From Pavona decussata (lineage: Eukaryota), in the NCBI GenBank assembly GCA_977016875.1, contig CDRNST010000002.1:558001-622000 (forward strand): a stretch of DNA of 64,000 nt, written 5' to 3'. The notes under the pieces are model-generated. The model searched no databases and was not told where the DNA came from. It saw only the letters and a list, made by a program, of their open reading frames with translations. This document shows, piece after piece, positions 13,101 through 25,600 of this stretch. The position numbers and the translations under genes were made by a program. Each line of letters opens with the position of its first letter. Position 1 is the stretch's first letter.

Positions 13101-16100
13101 GACAACCAACTTGGAAACGCTGAGTCGGAGCACAAAAACGAGACGGGATGGAACATTGCTACTGTGTGCCCCTCCATGGGGCCCTCATTAATCGCAGGTG
13201 TGGCGACAGTTTCGACAAAACAGGAAAATGTCTCGAGCGCTTGTTATCATCAAAAAGGCTTCATTTTGTAACCATCAAACTATTTAGACCAATCACGTTT
13301 GAGTAATCAAATGATGCAAATGATAGCTCGCCCGTAAGTTTCCTGATCCTCTGTGCAACAAAACAATTGAAATCATAGTTACTCCGCAGACGTTTCCAAG
13401 TTCTTGTGAAATTGCCAGTAACAGGAAACAGAAAATCGAAAAGCCATCTGAGTTAAAAGTCAATGGGAACTTTTACTGCCATCTTGAAAGAGTTTTTCAT
13501 TTTTGCCTCTTATACGCGAGAAAAAGTTCTATCAGGGGCTTGAAGACTTGAAGTTTTAAAAGTTGTTTCGCCATGCACTCCTATGACGTATTATGGATAG
13601 CGTCCCCAGGAATGAGATGTAAAAATGAACACTGATTTTGGCGATAAAGAAGAACGAAATACAGGTGCTCGTAATTGTAAGGGTCACGTTCGGACAAAAC
13701 CAATTGTTGTTGATGGTAATTGTGGTTCTTTTTTGTTGGCACCGGAAGCATCCACTGAGTGCCAGCATGCAGCAGTTCACAAGACCGTTAAACGATGCCA
13801 AACTTAATTACTGCTACGCCTCTTCAGCCACGAAATTCAAGTAGAATATCGACGTTTATCAATTTTGGATTCATGAGGTGAATGCATTAACTGGAAATAT
13901 GTAATGAGATCAGTTAGCTGACTGACATTTGTCCAAGGCAAATGCCTCTCCTCCAAGTCGACTGATATCATTCTAAGGTTGACAGCTACAATGTTCAGCT
14001 ACTCTTAAGCAGACACTATTTTCTAAAGTTCAAGATAATTGCAGTCTCTTTTAACACTGCACTATATGGTGGGCCAGACCTGACAAGTTAGCTCTAAGGC
14101 TAGACCACCGGGGAAAACAGCTGTCACCCCTGTTGGGTTATGCGCAATGATAGTTACTACTGCTAGTCATTTTAGGGTAGAAGTAAAAGACACTGTAAAC
14201 GGCTGGATTCTATGGCAATAATGCTGCGGAGTGACATCTTTCTACTGCGTTTTCCACTCTAAAGGTACTGACCATCCACTAAAGCTCTACACGTCCGTAT
14301 GAAATTTACTGGCCTAATGTGCCCGCTTTGGAGTTTGGAATTTTGAGCACTTGTCTAGTTAGGTTTTGCTACCTTGCCAAGCGAGATTATTGTTGGGAGT
14401 TTATAAGTGTGGTGATAAAGAGTAGACGATAAATAAATTGTGGAGTAAAATCAATCAGCAGAAAGTAAAATTCATCCACTTTTTCAGGAACATTGAGCAC
14501 AAGGAAAAGGCTGCGTCTATGACGGAAGCTCGCTAAAGTGGCTAAACCCGCTGTCCGTCCGCTCACCGCACGCAAACCGCATCCCGTACTGAGATACAGC
14601 AAGATGAGACAACTCATGGCAGTCTACATAGACAGCCAAGCTAGTTTAATTTACTAGGTATGCTACAAAAGCCTTTACAGGTGTATGTGCTAGAATCAGT
14701 GCTGATAGTAATGTCGAAAATGCTATGTGTGGTGATGAAATACCGAATGTGGATTAGTGTGAATTGAAGCTTTCATTCGAACAAGCCTCAAAGATAATAT
14801 TCAGAATATATGCTAAATGATGATAACAACTATTTAAAGTATGTTAACTATTCATGTCGCTCTCAGATGTCCCCTGTGGGAAAACTCAGTCTGACACTAA
14901 TAAAATAGAGAGAAAATAGATTTTATCCACGATCTTGTTTATTTGGAAAACCAAGAATGAAAGGTATTCTAACAAGTCACGAACTGGCGCCAACTTTTAA
15001 TTTTCTGATTGTTTTAGGAACCGCGAGAGCAAACGTTCTGTAGAACACAAAAGATTATCGGAGACATCGTTAACTGTTGTTTGATTTTCACTTTTGATAA
15101 TTGTTTTTTGTTGATAAGGCTTTCTTAGAGAAGTTAATTAAGAACGCTAAAAGAAAAAAAAGTTAAATAAAGAAAAGAACTGAAGAAAGCGACATGATTA
15201 GTGTAAGAACGCAAACAGTAGCTGAATTATCTTCGGTACTTGAATCAGTGGTTTAATGAGTTTGCAATTTACTCACAATAAGAAACTAAGGGAAAACCGA
15301 TAGATGGATCTTTTCTTCTCCAAGAGAAAAGCTTTCACTCGGGTTTGGTACGTCACAGCGGCAGACTGGTTAGCATACAAAGTTTTGCAGCTTGTAGCTA
15401 AGCCGTAATTCAATGACAAATAAACTATCGCTGTGAGAAACAAAAGAGAGCCATTTTTAGATAAGTATGCCCTGGTTCCCTAAATCAATAGCTTGTATAT
15501 TGCGTATACATGTATTGAGATCAACATCAACGTCAATACCAATAATCGTCCTGTTTCATTTGAGAAGGTTAATTACCCTTTTCTTCCAAGGGCACCGAAT
15601 GTCGAAAACCAAATGGGAATTTTTCCGCTCTTGTATAGAAAGAAAAAGAACTAATAAAGAGTACTTCCACAGTTCTGTGCTGCTTAAAGTCATACTTGAA
15701 CAGACCCAGACGTTAAGACCACAATAACATGCATCAAAGCAAAGTACGAACTGCTTAGCGGCTTTCAGGATTTCAGGATTGGTTCACACTAGACCTACCA
15801 TAACAGAAAGGGCCTTTTGTTCACCCAAGAAATGTTGATTCGCAAATTTTGGCGCCGGAGCGCCTGAACGACACTCCGGACTTGAAAGTGAGACACTTAA
15901 TTTGTACCGCCAGATTCGTTTTCGTGCTACTCTGAACCGGTACTGACATGTACAGATTACATGATCGGCATACCACTTTAAATGTCTTTTATGGAACTGA
16001 TTTCTTGAGTGCGACTTACACACAGAAGCACAAAGCCGCTTTGTGCCGTTGCAGTTCAAACTACGCTATATCGATTGTACTACCACCGCAAAAGTCTAAG

Positions 16101-18390
16101 AAATAGTAGTTTACTCGTGCTAGCCATAAAAGGTATGGTAATTCAGCGGCTTTGCGGTCTATAATAGAGTCTAGATCGTCACGTACCATCTTGACCTAAA
16201 ATAGTTTATGATCTATACATGTTTTGTCCACCGGTCTGAACTGAATAGGAAACACATTTTTAACGTCTTCGCCTAAAGAAGTAAGAAATAATATATTTGG
16301 TCTAAAAGAGGAATAGGATATCAAGCTTTCGGCCACCCCCTGCGGCACACCTCTCCCCTCCCCCCTCTGCTTTTCGGCCAACTGAAGAACTGAGAACTGC
16401 ACACCGAGTACTTGGACTAATAAGGTTTGTCCGTCTACGTCATGAGGACGTCCATACTGGACGTCAATCTTAGCACGCGAAAGGCCAAGTGAAAACCTAA
16501 AAATTTAGGGGACCCTCACAGAAAATTACATTCTTGTAATCTATTTAGGTATTATAACAAAGAGAAAAATGCATTTCGCTTTTGTGGTGCATGTAAGTGT
16601 GGTTTTCTTCAAATGGAACAAAGACAAGAGAAAACAAAGTACTTGTCTAACTGCTTAAAACACTCCACACGGTATTTCAGGAATGTCTAATTCATTCGCC
16701 AGCAAGTCTAGAACCACGATTTTATCAAAATCTTACTTGAATATTGCCTGGCTGATAAAAGACTCAACTACGAATGTATTACGTGAAGATTGTTCTTAAA
16801 ATGTCATGGCTATGATAGGTATAGAGTTTTGAAAAAACCGATGCCATGGAGGAAATTGGTCGATATGCTTGATAAGACTACCTAGGCAAGCGTTAAAGTC
16901 CAATATTAATTCGCTTATTATCATGTGTCTGTAAGGAAACAAGAATAACTATCAGATTACGTCCGATCTTTTTTAGATGTACTGACAACAATAATATAAC
17001 TCATTAGCTGGGAAGCTGAGAGGATATTTCCCTGCGCATGAGGTTTGGGAACATTTGTGTCGTTACGTGCTCAGAATGAAAAGAAATTAGAGACAACATA
17101 CGCAGTGTTTACATGGCTCTACAGATGATGCCATATCGCAAATAATTATTCCATGATAAAGAAGCTCAATCAGGAAACCGGCAAAGTTTTCCGCCTTTCT
17201 CGTTGAGGTCTTTCAGTGTACAGCTCTACCAGCCGTTTTGTATTCTCAAATAGCACATTAGTGTTGAGAGAAAAGAGGTATTCAGTGACTTACTTGCAGA
17301 ATGTGTTGACTTTGTCTATATATAGCAACCAGTAGTCTGTTTTTGACCTCTCCAAATGCGACACTGAGATGCAAATAAAACGGAGCGTTGATTTTTCCTC
17401 ACTACGATCCGAATTGTCGGAGAGGTGTTCCCGCAGAGAGAGGCATGTAGGCGGGTGCCTGCTTTTATATGTCCGTGCTTTCCACCCATTAGTCTCCCCC
17501 ACGCAAATTAACGCAATTAATTGATAAAGGCGGCTAATTTAGCAAGTGTACCCTATTATTAATCTCATAGTACGAGTGTCTCTGTCACTATGACTACATG
17601 AAAAAAAAAAAAAAGCTTGATCATGTTTTTTTCTGTCTCTGTCTGTTGATTAGTGTTTGTAAACTACAAAACCAACACAGTCGACGCAATTGATGTAAGT
17701 TCCCGTGAAAACGTACACCTGACACAAACCGGGCTAAAATCGAAAGAAGCTATGGTCACTTGTCATACTAGTTTTAATCCACATTTCAGTACGATTAACA
17801 TTAAAGATATTGTTTGTTTTCGTGGGCAAACTTTGAAATATTTGCATCCTAGTGCATGTGGAGGTGTCGTTGAAAACTTTACTGATAAAAAACTGATATA
17901 CGTCGGTGAAAATGTTTCAAACCTATCATGATACCTTAAAACTCAAAGGTTGTTGTAAAACTGACATCCGCTGCCCTGTCTCGTGTTTTTCGCCGCGTCA
18001 CTTTCCTGCGTCTTTATACTCAATATTGACCAATATTTTGTTCTTGACGTGGGTGGTAAACAATCTTTCTTTTGAGGCGGTTTTGTGCTTCATTTTCAGT
18101 TGCAAACGCTTGAAAGTGCCGCTTTGTCAGAAACTGTTTTCGGTGAGCTGGTAATGCATGCTGACACATTCCTCACTCTCACAATTTGGATTAACATTAA
18201 GATGGCAAGCAGACACCGACAATCCATCGGTATCTTTACTTCACCTCTTCCGTCTCGTCAGTTTCCAGAGCCCGCGTTACACTAGTCTGCAGTTCACTTA
18301 CAGAGCTCATGCCCAGAATCAGGGGAATTGAAAATCAACCATATCGGGAACAAGAGCCGAGCTTTCATTTGAATGCTCACAGTGGCGTTA

Positions 18391-20365
18391 GGGCCTCTTC
18401 ATGAGCCTGGTCAACTGAACGGGAATGGCCGGTTTCCAAGGTCTCTCAGTCAACTTTATAGCTACTTCTCCTGTAAACATTCCGATGTGTTCATGTGAGA
18501 ACTCGGGTTATACCGGAGATCTCGGGTTTTGCGACCGAGATCTCAGAAGCCAGGCTGGAAATCTTTTCCATATGAATTCGAAATTCCCAGCCCGATTACC
18601 GAGACGACTCAAAACGGCTCGCCAATAAAAGTCTTGACTTCGAGGCGGAGAAAAGAACCGCGAATGGAGATATGTCAAAACTGAATATAGATTATATTTT
18701 CATGCGGGCGACCTGTGGCTGCTTCATAGCTGCCGGGTGATTTTGACAAACTTTCAAAGGGAATGAAGGCAAAAGCGAATCAATATGGCTTTCGAAAAAA
18801 TCGCTCTCCTAGCCTTGCGCTTGTCGATTTGTGTGACAAAATTTCTTCTGCATTTGATAGAAAAGAACACGCCATTGGAGTATTCCTAGATCTTTCGAAA
18901 GCGTTCGACACGGCAAATCACGACATTCTTTTTGAAAAACTCAATCATTATGGGATCCGTGGTCTGGCACTAGAATGGGTCAAAAGTTATTTTTCCGAGA
19001 GGACACAATTTGTCGAATTTAATAACGTTAGATCTGCCCCACAGGGGATTTCCTGTGGGGTGCCTCAAGGTTCTATTCTTGGTCCCTTATTTTTTATCCT
19101 GTACGTTAATGATTTGAACAATGCTTCCCTGCTTGATGCAATCTTGTTTACTGATGATACAAACCTATTTATCTCCCATAATGAACCTGTTTACCTAATT
19201 AACACATTAAATAGAGAATTAAACAAATTGTCAACCTGGTTTGCAGCAAACCGGCTCTCCTTGAATTTAGCCAAGACTAATTTTATTGTATTCAAGCCTT
19301 GGCAAAAGAAGCAATCCTTTGAATTTCAAGTTTTCATAAGTGAGCAGCCTATCCTTCGTGTTTCTGAGACCATGTTTTTGGGTGTTTTATCAGATGACAA
19401 TTTGACCTGGAAATCTCATATAACCTTAACAGCAAATAAATTATCCAAATCTATAGGTATTATTCATAAATCTAGGTTTTTTTCTCTCTACTCACTCCCT
19501 TCGTACTTTGTACAATTCTATGATCCTTCCATATTTATATTATTGCAATTTAGCTTGGGCTGGTACCTATAAGTCAAACCTTCAAAGAATTGTAACCTTA
19601 CAGAAACGTGCGTTAAGAATAGTAAGCAATTCCACATACATTGCCCATACTGGCCCTATCTTTAAGCAACTTAAACTCTTAAAATTTCATGATATCCATT
19701 CGTTTCAATTAGGTATTTTTATGTTCTCCTTCAAGAACTCTACACTCCCTTCCAAATTCAATAACTTTTTTTTACTGAATAGTCAAATCCATAATTACAA
19801 TACTAGGAATGCTCAGTCCTTCCGCTTACCACTGTGCAGAACGAACTCCAGGAAGTTTTCAAATTACTTTCAAGGTCCAAACTTTTATAATTCGCTAAAT
19901 TCTGACATAACTAGTTCTCCCTCCTCCGCTTCTTTTAAAAGAAAGCTTAAAGAATTTCTTCTTTCTATAGGTATTAACTTCTGTAAGGCTGTAATTCTTA
20001 ACTAACTTACTTAATATGTGTGTGTGCGTGTGTGTGTACGTGTGCGCGGTCAAAGTTAATTACCATAAGTCCATATTGTAATTCTAATATAAGATTAGTT
20101 GTTTTAAGTGAGGAAGCCTGACTTGTTATAAGCCTCGTGGTTTCTTTCAGGTTTTCTCGCCATTTATTTTCTTATATCAAGTTTCTTCATTTTTTTCCCA
20201 TCTGTTAATGTTGTGTATATGGCAAAATAAATATTGTATTGTATTGAAGGATCGCCTCTTTTTCATCTCGATAACCAGGCGGAAATTTCCCATCATGATG
20301 AACAAAGACAAACTTCGTCCCGCTGACTGGGAAAGCTTGCTTACCGGGCTCGTACTAAGAGGCCG
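18391..20365. mobile_element. PIF/Harbinger-like MITE split by the LINE insertion
   Basis: Imperfect TIRs GGGCCTCTTCATGAGCCTGGT / ACCGGGCTCGTACTAAGAGGCCG, flanked by TTA on both sides. Confidence 0.6.
18770..20244 (+). mobile_element. 5'-truncated, degenerate non-LTR retrotransposon (LINE, CR1/L2-like reverse transcriptase)
   Basis: QYGFR, FLDLSKAFDT, GVPQGSILGP motifs; catalytic motif reads FTDD; frameshift near the T-run at ~19480 splits ORFs 18763-19572 and 19508-20005; 3' end AATAAA plus (TATTG)3 tail; putative TSD TGAAGG at 18764-18769 and 20245-20250. Confidence 0.9.
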
Positions 20366-21310
20366 TTAGACTCTAGTCGGGCTCAAGCAGCTGCTGACTA
20401 TGGCCCTTCTCGTTAGTTTAGACCTTATCCCCAGGTTGCGCTCGCTTTTACAAACCAAGATGGCGGCAGTTCGAATTCGATAAAAGCGTACGAGTCTCGA
20501 AAATCCCACGGAAAAATAGGGTACTGTGAACAGTCTAACTTAAAAGTTGCAACCACCTAGTACAACACAACACCAATTGAGTATCGCACCGGAAAGAACT
20601 TGCTCTCGACTTTAATTCACTTGATTGCTCGCATTTTGGAGTTTCATTTTCATAATTGTGTATCCTTAGCCCGAGTGGGTTTTGTCTTGTTTTCCAACCT
20701 CGTTCAAATAGAAATCTCCAAATTCGTTCCCAGGGTCTCTCCTGTTCCCCTCCCACGACCTTGGGAACGAGGTTGTCTTTACCCTTTCAAAAACATCGAG
20801 AACTGAGCAGAAACCCTAAGTGATCTAACACATTTCCTAAGAAAAAAAATTTCTCTTCAATTAATGAGCTATCCGCATCACATGAATCTCTTGAAACTGT
20901 CATTTTGGCAAGCTCACTATTGTATACAGAATAAAAGATATTGCTTCTAGGAACGCACTAAAATCTCAAAACAAATGTTTACAGAACGTGTCCTATCTAG
21001 GAGGGAGAATCGACAATTCGAATTTGGCATCAGAATTGGTCACTACAGTGTCACTAGGGCACTTTCTAAACACTGCATGGGGTAAGTAATTTGATTCAAA
21101 CAATGATATAGCGCTTGTGTCGCAGTTGTACTGGAATCATCCAAGATGTATATTGTCCTGCAAAGTGAACCCACTCATAAAACCACTACCTTCTTTGTCA
21201 CTGCAATTAATTTCAGTTATATTGGAACTTCTCGCCCAGCTGGTTTAACTCATTGACGTAATATTTTATTTGGGACATCAATTTGCATCAGATTGTAATT
21301 TCTTGCAGTA

Positions 21311-21607
21311 AGAGCGGTTTTCAATTGAGTGTCAAAAGTAATCAGATTTCGCGTTTGGTTTGGTTTTGCATTACTACGCGCTGTGATTGGTTAACAAAAC
21401 TCGCGCCACTCAGTTCTCAACCAATGGGAATCCAAACCAAAACCATACCATGTTTTCACAGCACGCGTTTTCCCACGTTAGGCGCCATCGGCCAGTTGCA
21501 CATTTTTGTTTCGAATTCTGATTGGCTCGTTTTGTTGTTTACATTTGTTGCGATTGGCCAGAGTAATTACTGTGGCTTTGGTTATACGAGTCAATTGGAA
21601 ACCGCTC
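21311..21607. mobile_element. MITE
   Basis: TIRs GAGCGGTTTTCAATTGA / TCAATTGGAAACCGCTC with internal inverted segments. Confidence 0.65.
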
Positions 21608-22533
21608 AAGTAATAAGTGAAAACGGATTTAGGATGGTTCACGGTACCTGGACGTTTTCCGTGGCGATCTTTGTAGGGTTTGGGAGTGTCGATGTTAAAA
21701 TGTTTGTGATGTTAAACGTTTTTGGGATAACACTGACAGTTGGCAATATAATTTTGGAGACGACAACTTGACGATTCTGTCAATCTGGTCATTGGGGCAT
21801 TCAGAAAAACCTTCTTGACTTAACTTCCTGCTATCAACCCTCTGACAGCGATCAGTTTGGACTGATATTAGCAAGGTCTGAAAGGAATGCACCTGTCCTA
21901 GCAGGAAAACAGTTTTTGAAAAAAAGGCAGTTGTTTGCAGTGCAACTAAAAACAGGTCTTTTTCTTCACTGTTATGAAAAAAAAAAATAAAATAAAATAA
22001 AATACCGAAAATTTTCGTAGTTTTCCCACAAATTCGTTTTAACGGGGTTTTCTTTATGTCCTTTATAACGAATCCACGTTAAAACGAACACATCTGGCAC
22101 TCGGTAATCACATTGGTATCGGCACGTTACCTAGAGTGTGGCTGCTTGTTTACAGCAAGACTTCACTCATGGCGTGTTCGCTAACTTAGTTAAAAGTATT
22201 TTCCTTCGAGGAAACCCGAATCGAAGGAACAGGCAATGAATTAGGTTATGTGGTTAGCTTTGAAACTTATCGGGTGAGCGATAGAAAACGAGGTACAGCG
22301 TATTCAGATATAGCCAGGAACTTGTATGACCCAAGTACGTCAATTTTTTATTGTGACTGACAGAATATTTTTGAGAACGAAGGTAAATCAGAAAAACACA
22401 AGTTCAATACAATAATATTCAACCGCTGAAGTTTGATTCATATGTTTGATAAATTTCGGGCGCAAATCAGACAAAACAAAAGGCAGAAGTGTAGCCGGCG
22501 TGACAAATCCCTTGAGAGTATAATCTGCAGTCA

Positions 22534-22547
22534 ATCACCATAGCAAC
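22534..22547 (+). promoter_or_regulatory. RFX X-box upstream of SAXO-like gene
   Basis: ATCACCATAGCAAC fits RYYRYY-NN-RRNRAC, about 110 bp upstream of the ATG of a ciliary gene. Confidence 0.6.
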
Positions 22548-22658
22548 TAAACGAAGTCGGGTTTGTATATCACAACTTCTTGTGTTGGTCATAAATGGAC
22601 TGCATCTTGAACTATGAAACTGCTTTCTACGTGAAGAATAGCTAGGAAAACGTTTAAG

Positions 22659-25600
22659 ATGACGAAAAAGTGTATTTGTCAGATCTGCACTTGCGGGTAA
22701 GTCTTTGATTTCTAAAGTGATTAGTAGAATACCCAGAGAATCCGAGTGTTCTCAAATTCCACTGCTATCGATGCGATGGCGACGTTACGATCGCGAAAAA
22801 CTCGGTGCAATCTTGAAGTTTTCCTTCTTTAGGAAGCATGCTTTGCTGTGAGATAACAAATTGTTTTGTGAGTATTACGCCTTTTATACTTTAATCGACA
22901 ACAAGAGGTTGGAAACCCATTCAAGTGCCGTTGATCTTTGTGTTTCATGGAATGGCAGATGCGTGTTCACAGAACTCGTCTTTATTCTTTTCGGTAACCA
23001 CTTTATCCGTTACCGATCCCCGTTTAGGAAAAGAAACAATCACTAAAATGCCACTGCAACATTTCCTCTTAATCTTATTCAATTTGGTTCAATTGCGAAA
23101 GCGCTTGTTTGATAAATTAAAACTTTATCGCCGCGAATTGCACACGAATGACAACTCAGCGCTATGCTTCTAATTATCTACGTGTTTAGTATTCGATTTC
23201 GGAAGTGTTCATGTTGGTATCCGAGAATCGTTTGTCGCTAAGCTTTTATTGCCCGTTCATGCAGTTGATACTGTCTGATATTTTTCCGTTTCAAGACACG
23301 AATCACTGAATTTTCGCATTGAGAACGTTAACTAAACCTATTCTTTTAAAATATTCACTTTGATGTTTGGTTGCGTGAAATTTGATTATGTTAATTTCTT
23401 GCTAGAACCGTGTTAAAAGTACAGTCATGTACCCGTTTTATTTGAAACAAAGGTTTTAAGCAGTAATTTTTTTCATGTACAATAATTTTCGTAACTTTTC
23501 CCGAGAAGAGTTATCTATAAATGTCAAACAAAAGTTGACGTAAGATTAAAAATGTTATATTTCTTTATTCCATGCCAAAATTTACATTGTTATGTTTGAT
23601 ATGATGCAGTGGGGAAATTATGAACGCAAATAGAGTTGATGTGCCATGTTAAATGGAATCTTCCTTATTTTTTCTTTCTTCTTCCTTTTGCCTTTCTCTG
23701 TTTAAAACGGGGATGAGGCCAACAAGGAATATCAAATACGACTAATTTTGGAGCTGAGACTGAACGTTCTTATAGTTTTTTTTTTGCGATTTGAGGCTGA
23801 AAACTTAAGATGTTCTTAAATTACATGGTATACACTAAATCAATGCGGCGCGACTAGGAAACCTATCAAAGTGCATTGCCTGCTGAAGTATGGTACCAAG
23901 AACTGCCGATTATGACAAACCGAGATGTGTATCACCATTGTTAATGTTAAATACAAAACATGCCCTTAAGGTAATACCCTATACCTTCAGAGTTGTCTCG
24001 CGTTTAAGCGATGTAGCGCGTCCAGTTTAAACTGTAGATACCTAAACCCCTATAACGAATTAAAGCTTATAGAGCTGGCTATTAAACTATACCAAGAATT
24101 TTGAAATAAAATGAATTGTCTAATTTTTCACGACCTCTAAATGCGAGCGTCCGAATCACCTTTTTAAAGCTACAAGTCAAAGCGAATTTTGTTTTTCGTC
24201 AATTTAATTCGCTCCTCAGTTTCCGGACCCAAAGCGCTAAAAAAACGTGTCTGCGTTTTGCCATATTCAACCGCAATGAAAAGTTATAGAGCATTTTCGA
24301 AATAGGATGGAAAAAATGTGGAGTAATCGTACAAAAATCGCTGTCGTAAGAAAAAATTCGCAGACACGTTTTTGTTGTTTATATCTTAAGCTAGCTACTG
24401 TCCGGCAAATTTGAAGGCAAACGAACAATTTCCTTTTGAGTTTTAGCTCTTTGAAGTGGCTCCACCAAGTGAAAAATTGGTTCGAGAAAACAGCGCTAAA
24501 AATTCGGCAATTCATTTTATTTCAAAATTCTTGGTTTATTTTGATAGCCAGCTCTATAAGCTTTAATTTGATATAAGGGTTCAGGTAGCTACAGTTTAAC
24601 CGGACGCGCTACATCGCTTGGACGCGAGACACCTCTGAAGGTATAGGGTTACCTTAAGTATTTTGGTTAATTTACATTTGTTACCTTGATTTTATACTGA
24701 CAGATTGGCAAAATAAAAACGTTCTTAACCAACTCTCAGCCTGAGGAATGTTCTTAATACGTTCTTAAAATTTTGGTTAATCTCAGCCTCGACGTTCTTA
24801 TAAAAAAGGTTCTGATAAAAAAAAACCAGAGTGTATTAAAACGAAATATTGACATTAGTGTTATGTTACCCGGATATTTTATTACAGTAAATTATCAATA
24901 GGCGAAATACCTTTTCTTTTTTTATGCCAAAAACCAACAGAGGAAAGTTACTTATGCCCTATTTTATCCCCAAAACGATAAAAGACAACAACAATAATTA
25001 GCAGCAATTTATTACTTTGTGAAATTAATTTAGGGAGTATTTGGGTGCTCACGTGACCACCAGGAGCGCATGCGTGTGAATTCCATGCACTCCATTAGCC
25101 TTGCTTGAGTTCAGCTTTCTTAATTTAGTACATTTATTCTTCAATAGAGATTGTTATTTGGTTTGTTACAGTATCCGGTTGTAAATAGGCAAAAACGTAA
25201 TTGCACATGCGCTAGCGTAGCTAACAGTAAATCACGCCGCCTAGACCGTGTACTTTTTTTGTTGTTGTTGTTTACATTATCTGAGCGACTTAAATTTGGG
25301 CGATTAAAAGAAATAGCACTGATAGTGCTGTTAAGCTTTCCAACATCAGCTGAAAGGTAGTGACGGTCACCAAGGCGCAAACGTCGGATTTTTGCTCAAA
25401 GCGCAGTTTAGTACGGAATCTGAGTACATTTAGCACGAATGCGTTTTATAGGAATACAGATGGGAGCACAACATGGTTCGTTTTGTAACCCATCTTGGTT
25501 TTGTGACCAAAACTGTCGTTTCTAGTTGATGTTGGCTCCTTTTTTTTGTCAACTCTTTCTACTCTGACCGACCCACCGTAAACGCAAAAGGAAATGACCT

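Noticed and set aside
21283-21771. 162-aa ORF
   Set aside because: Mostly MITE sequence with a non-ATG start
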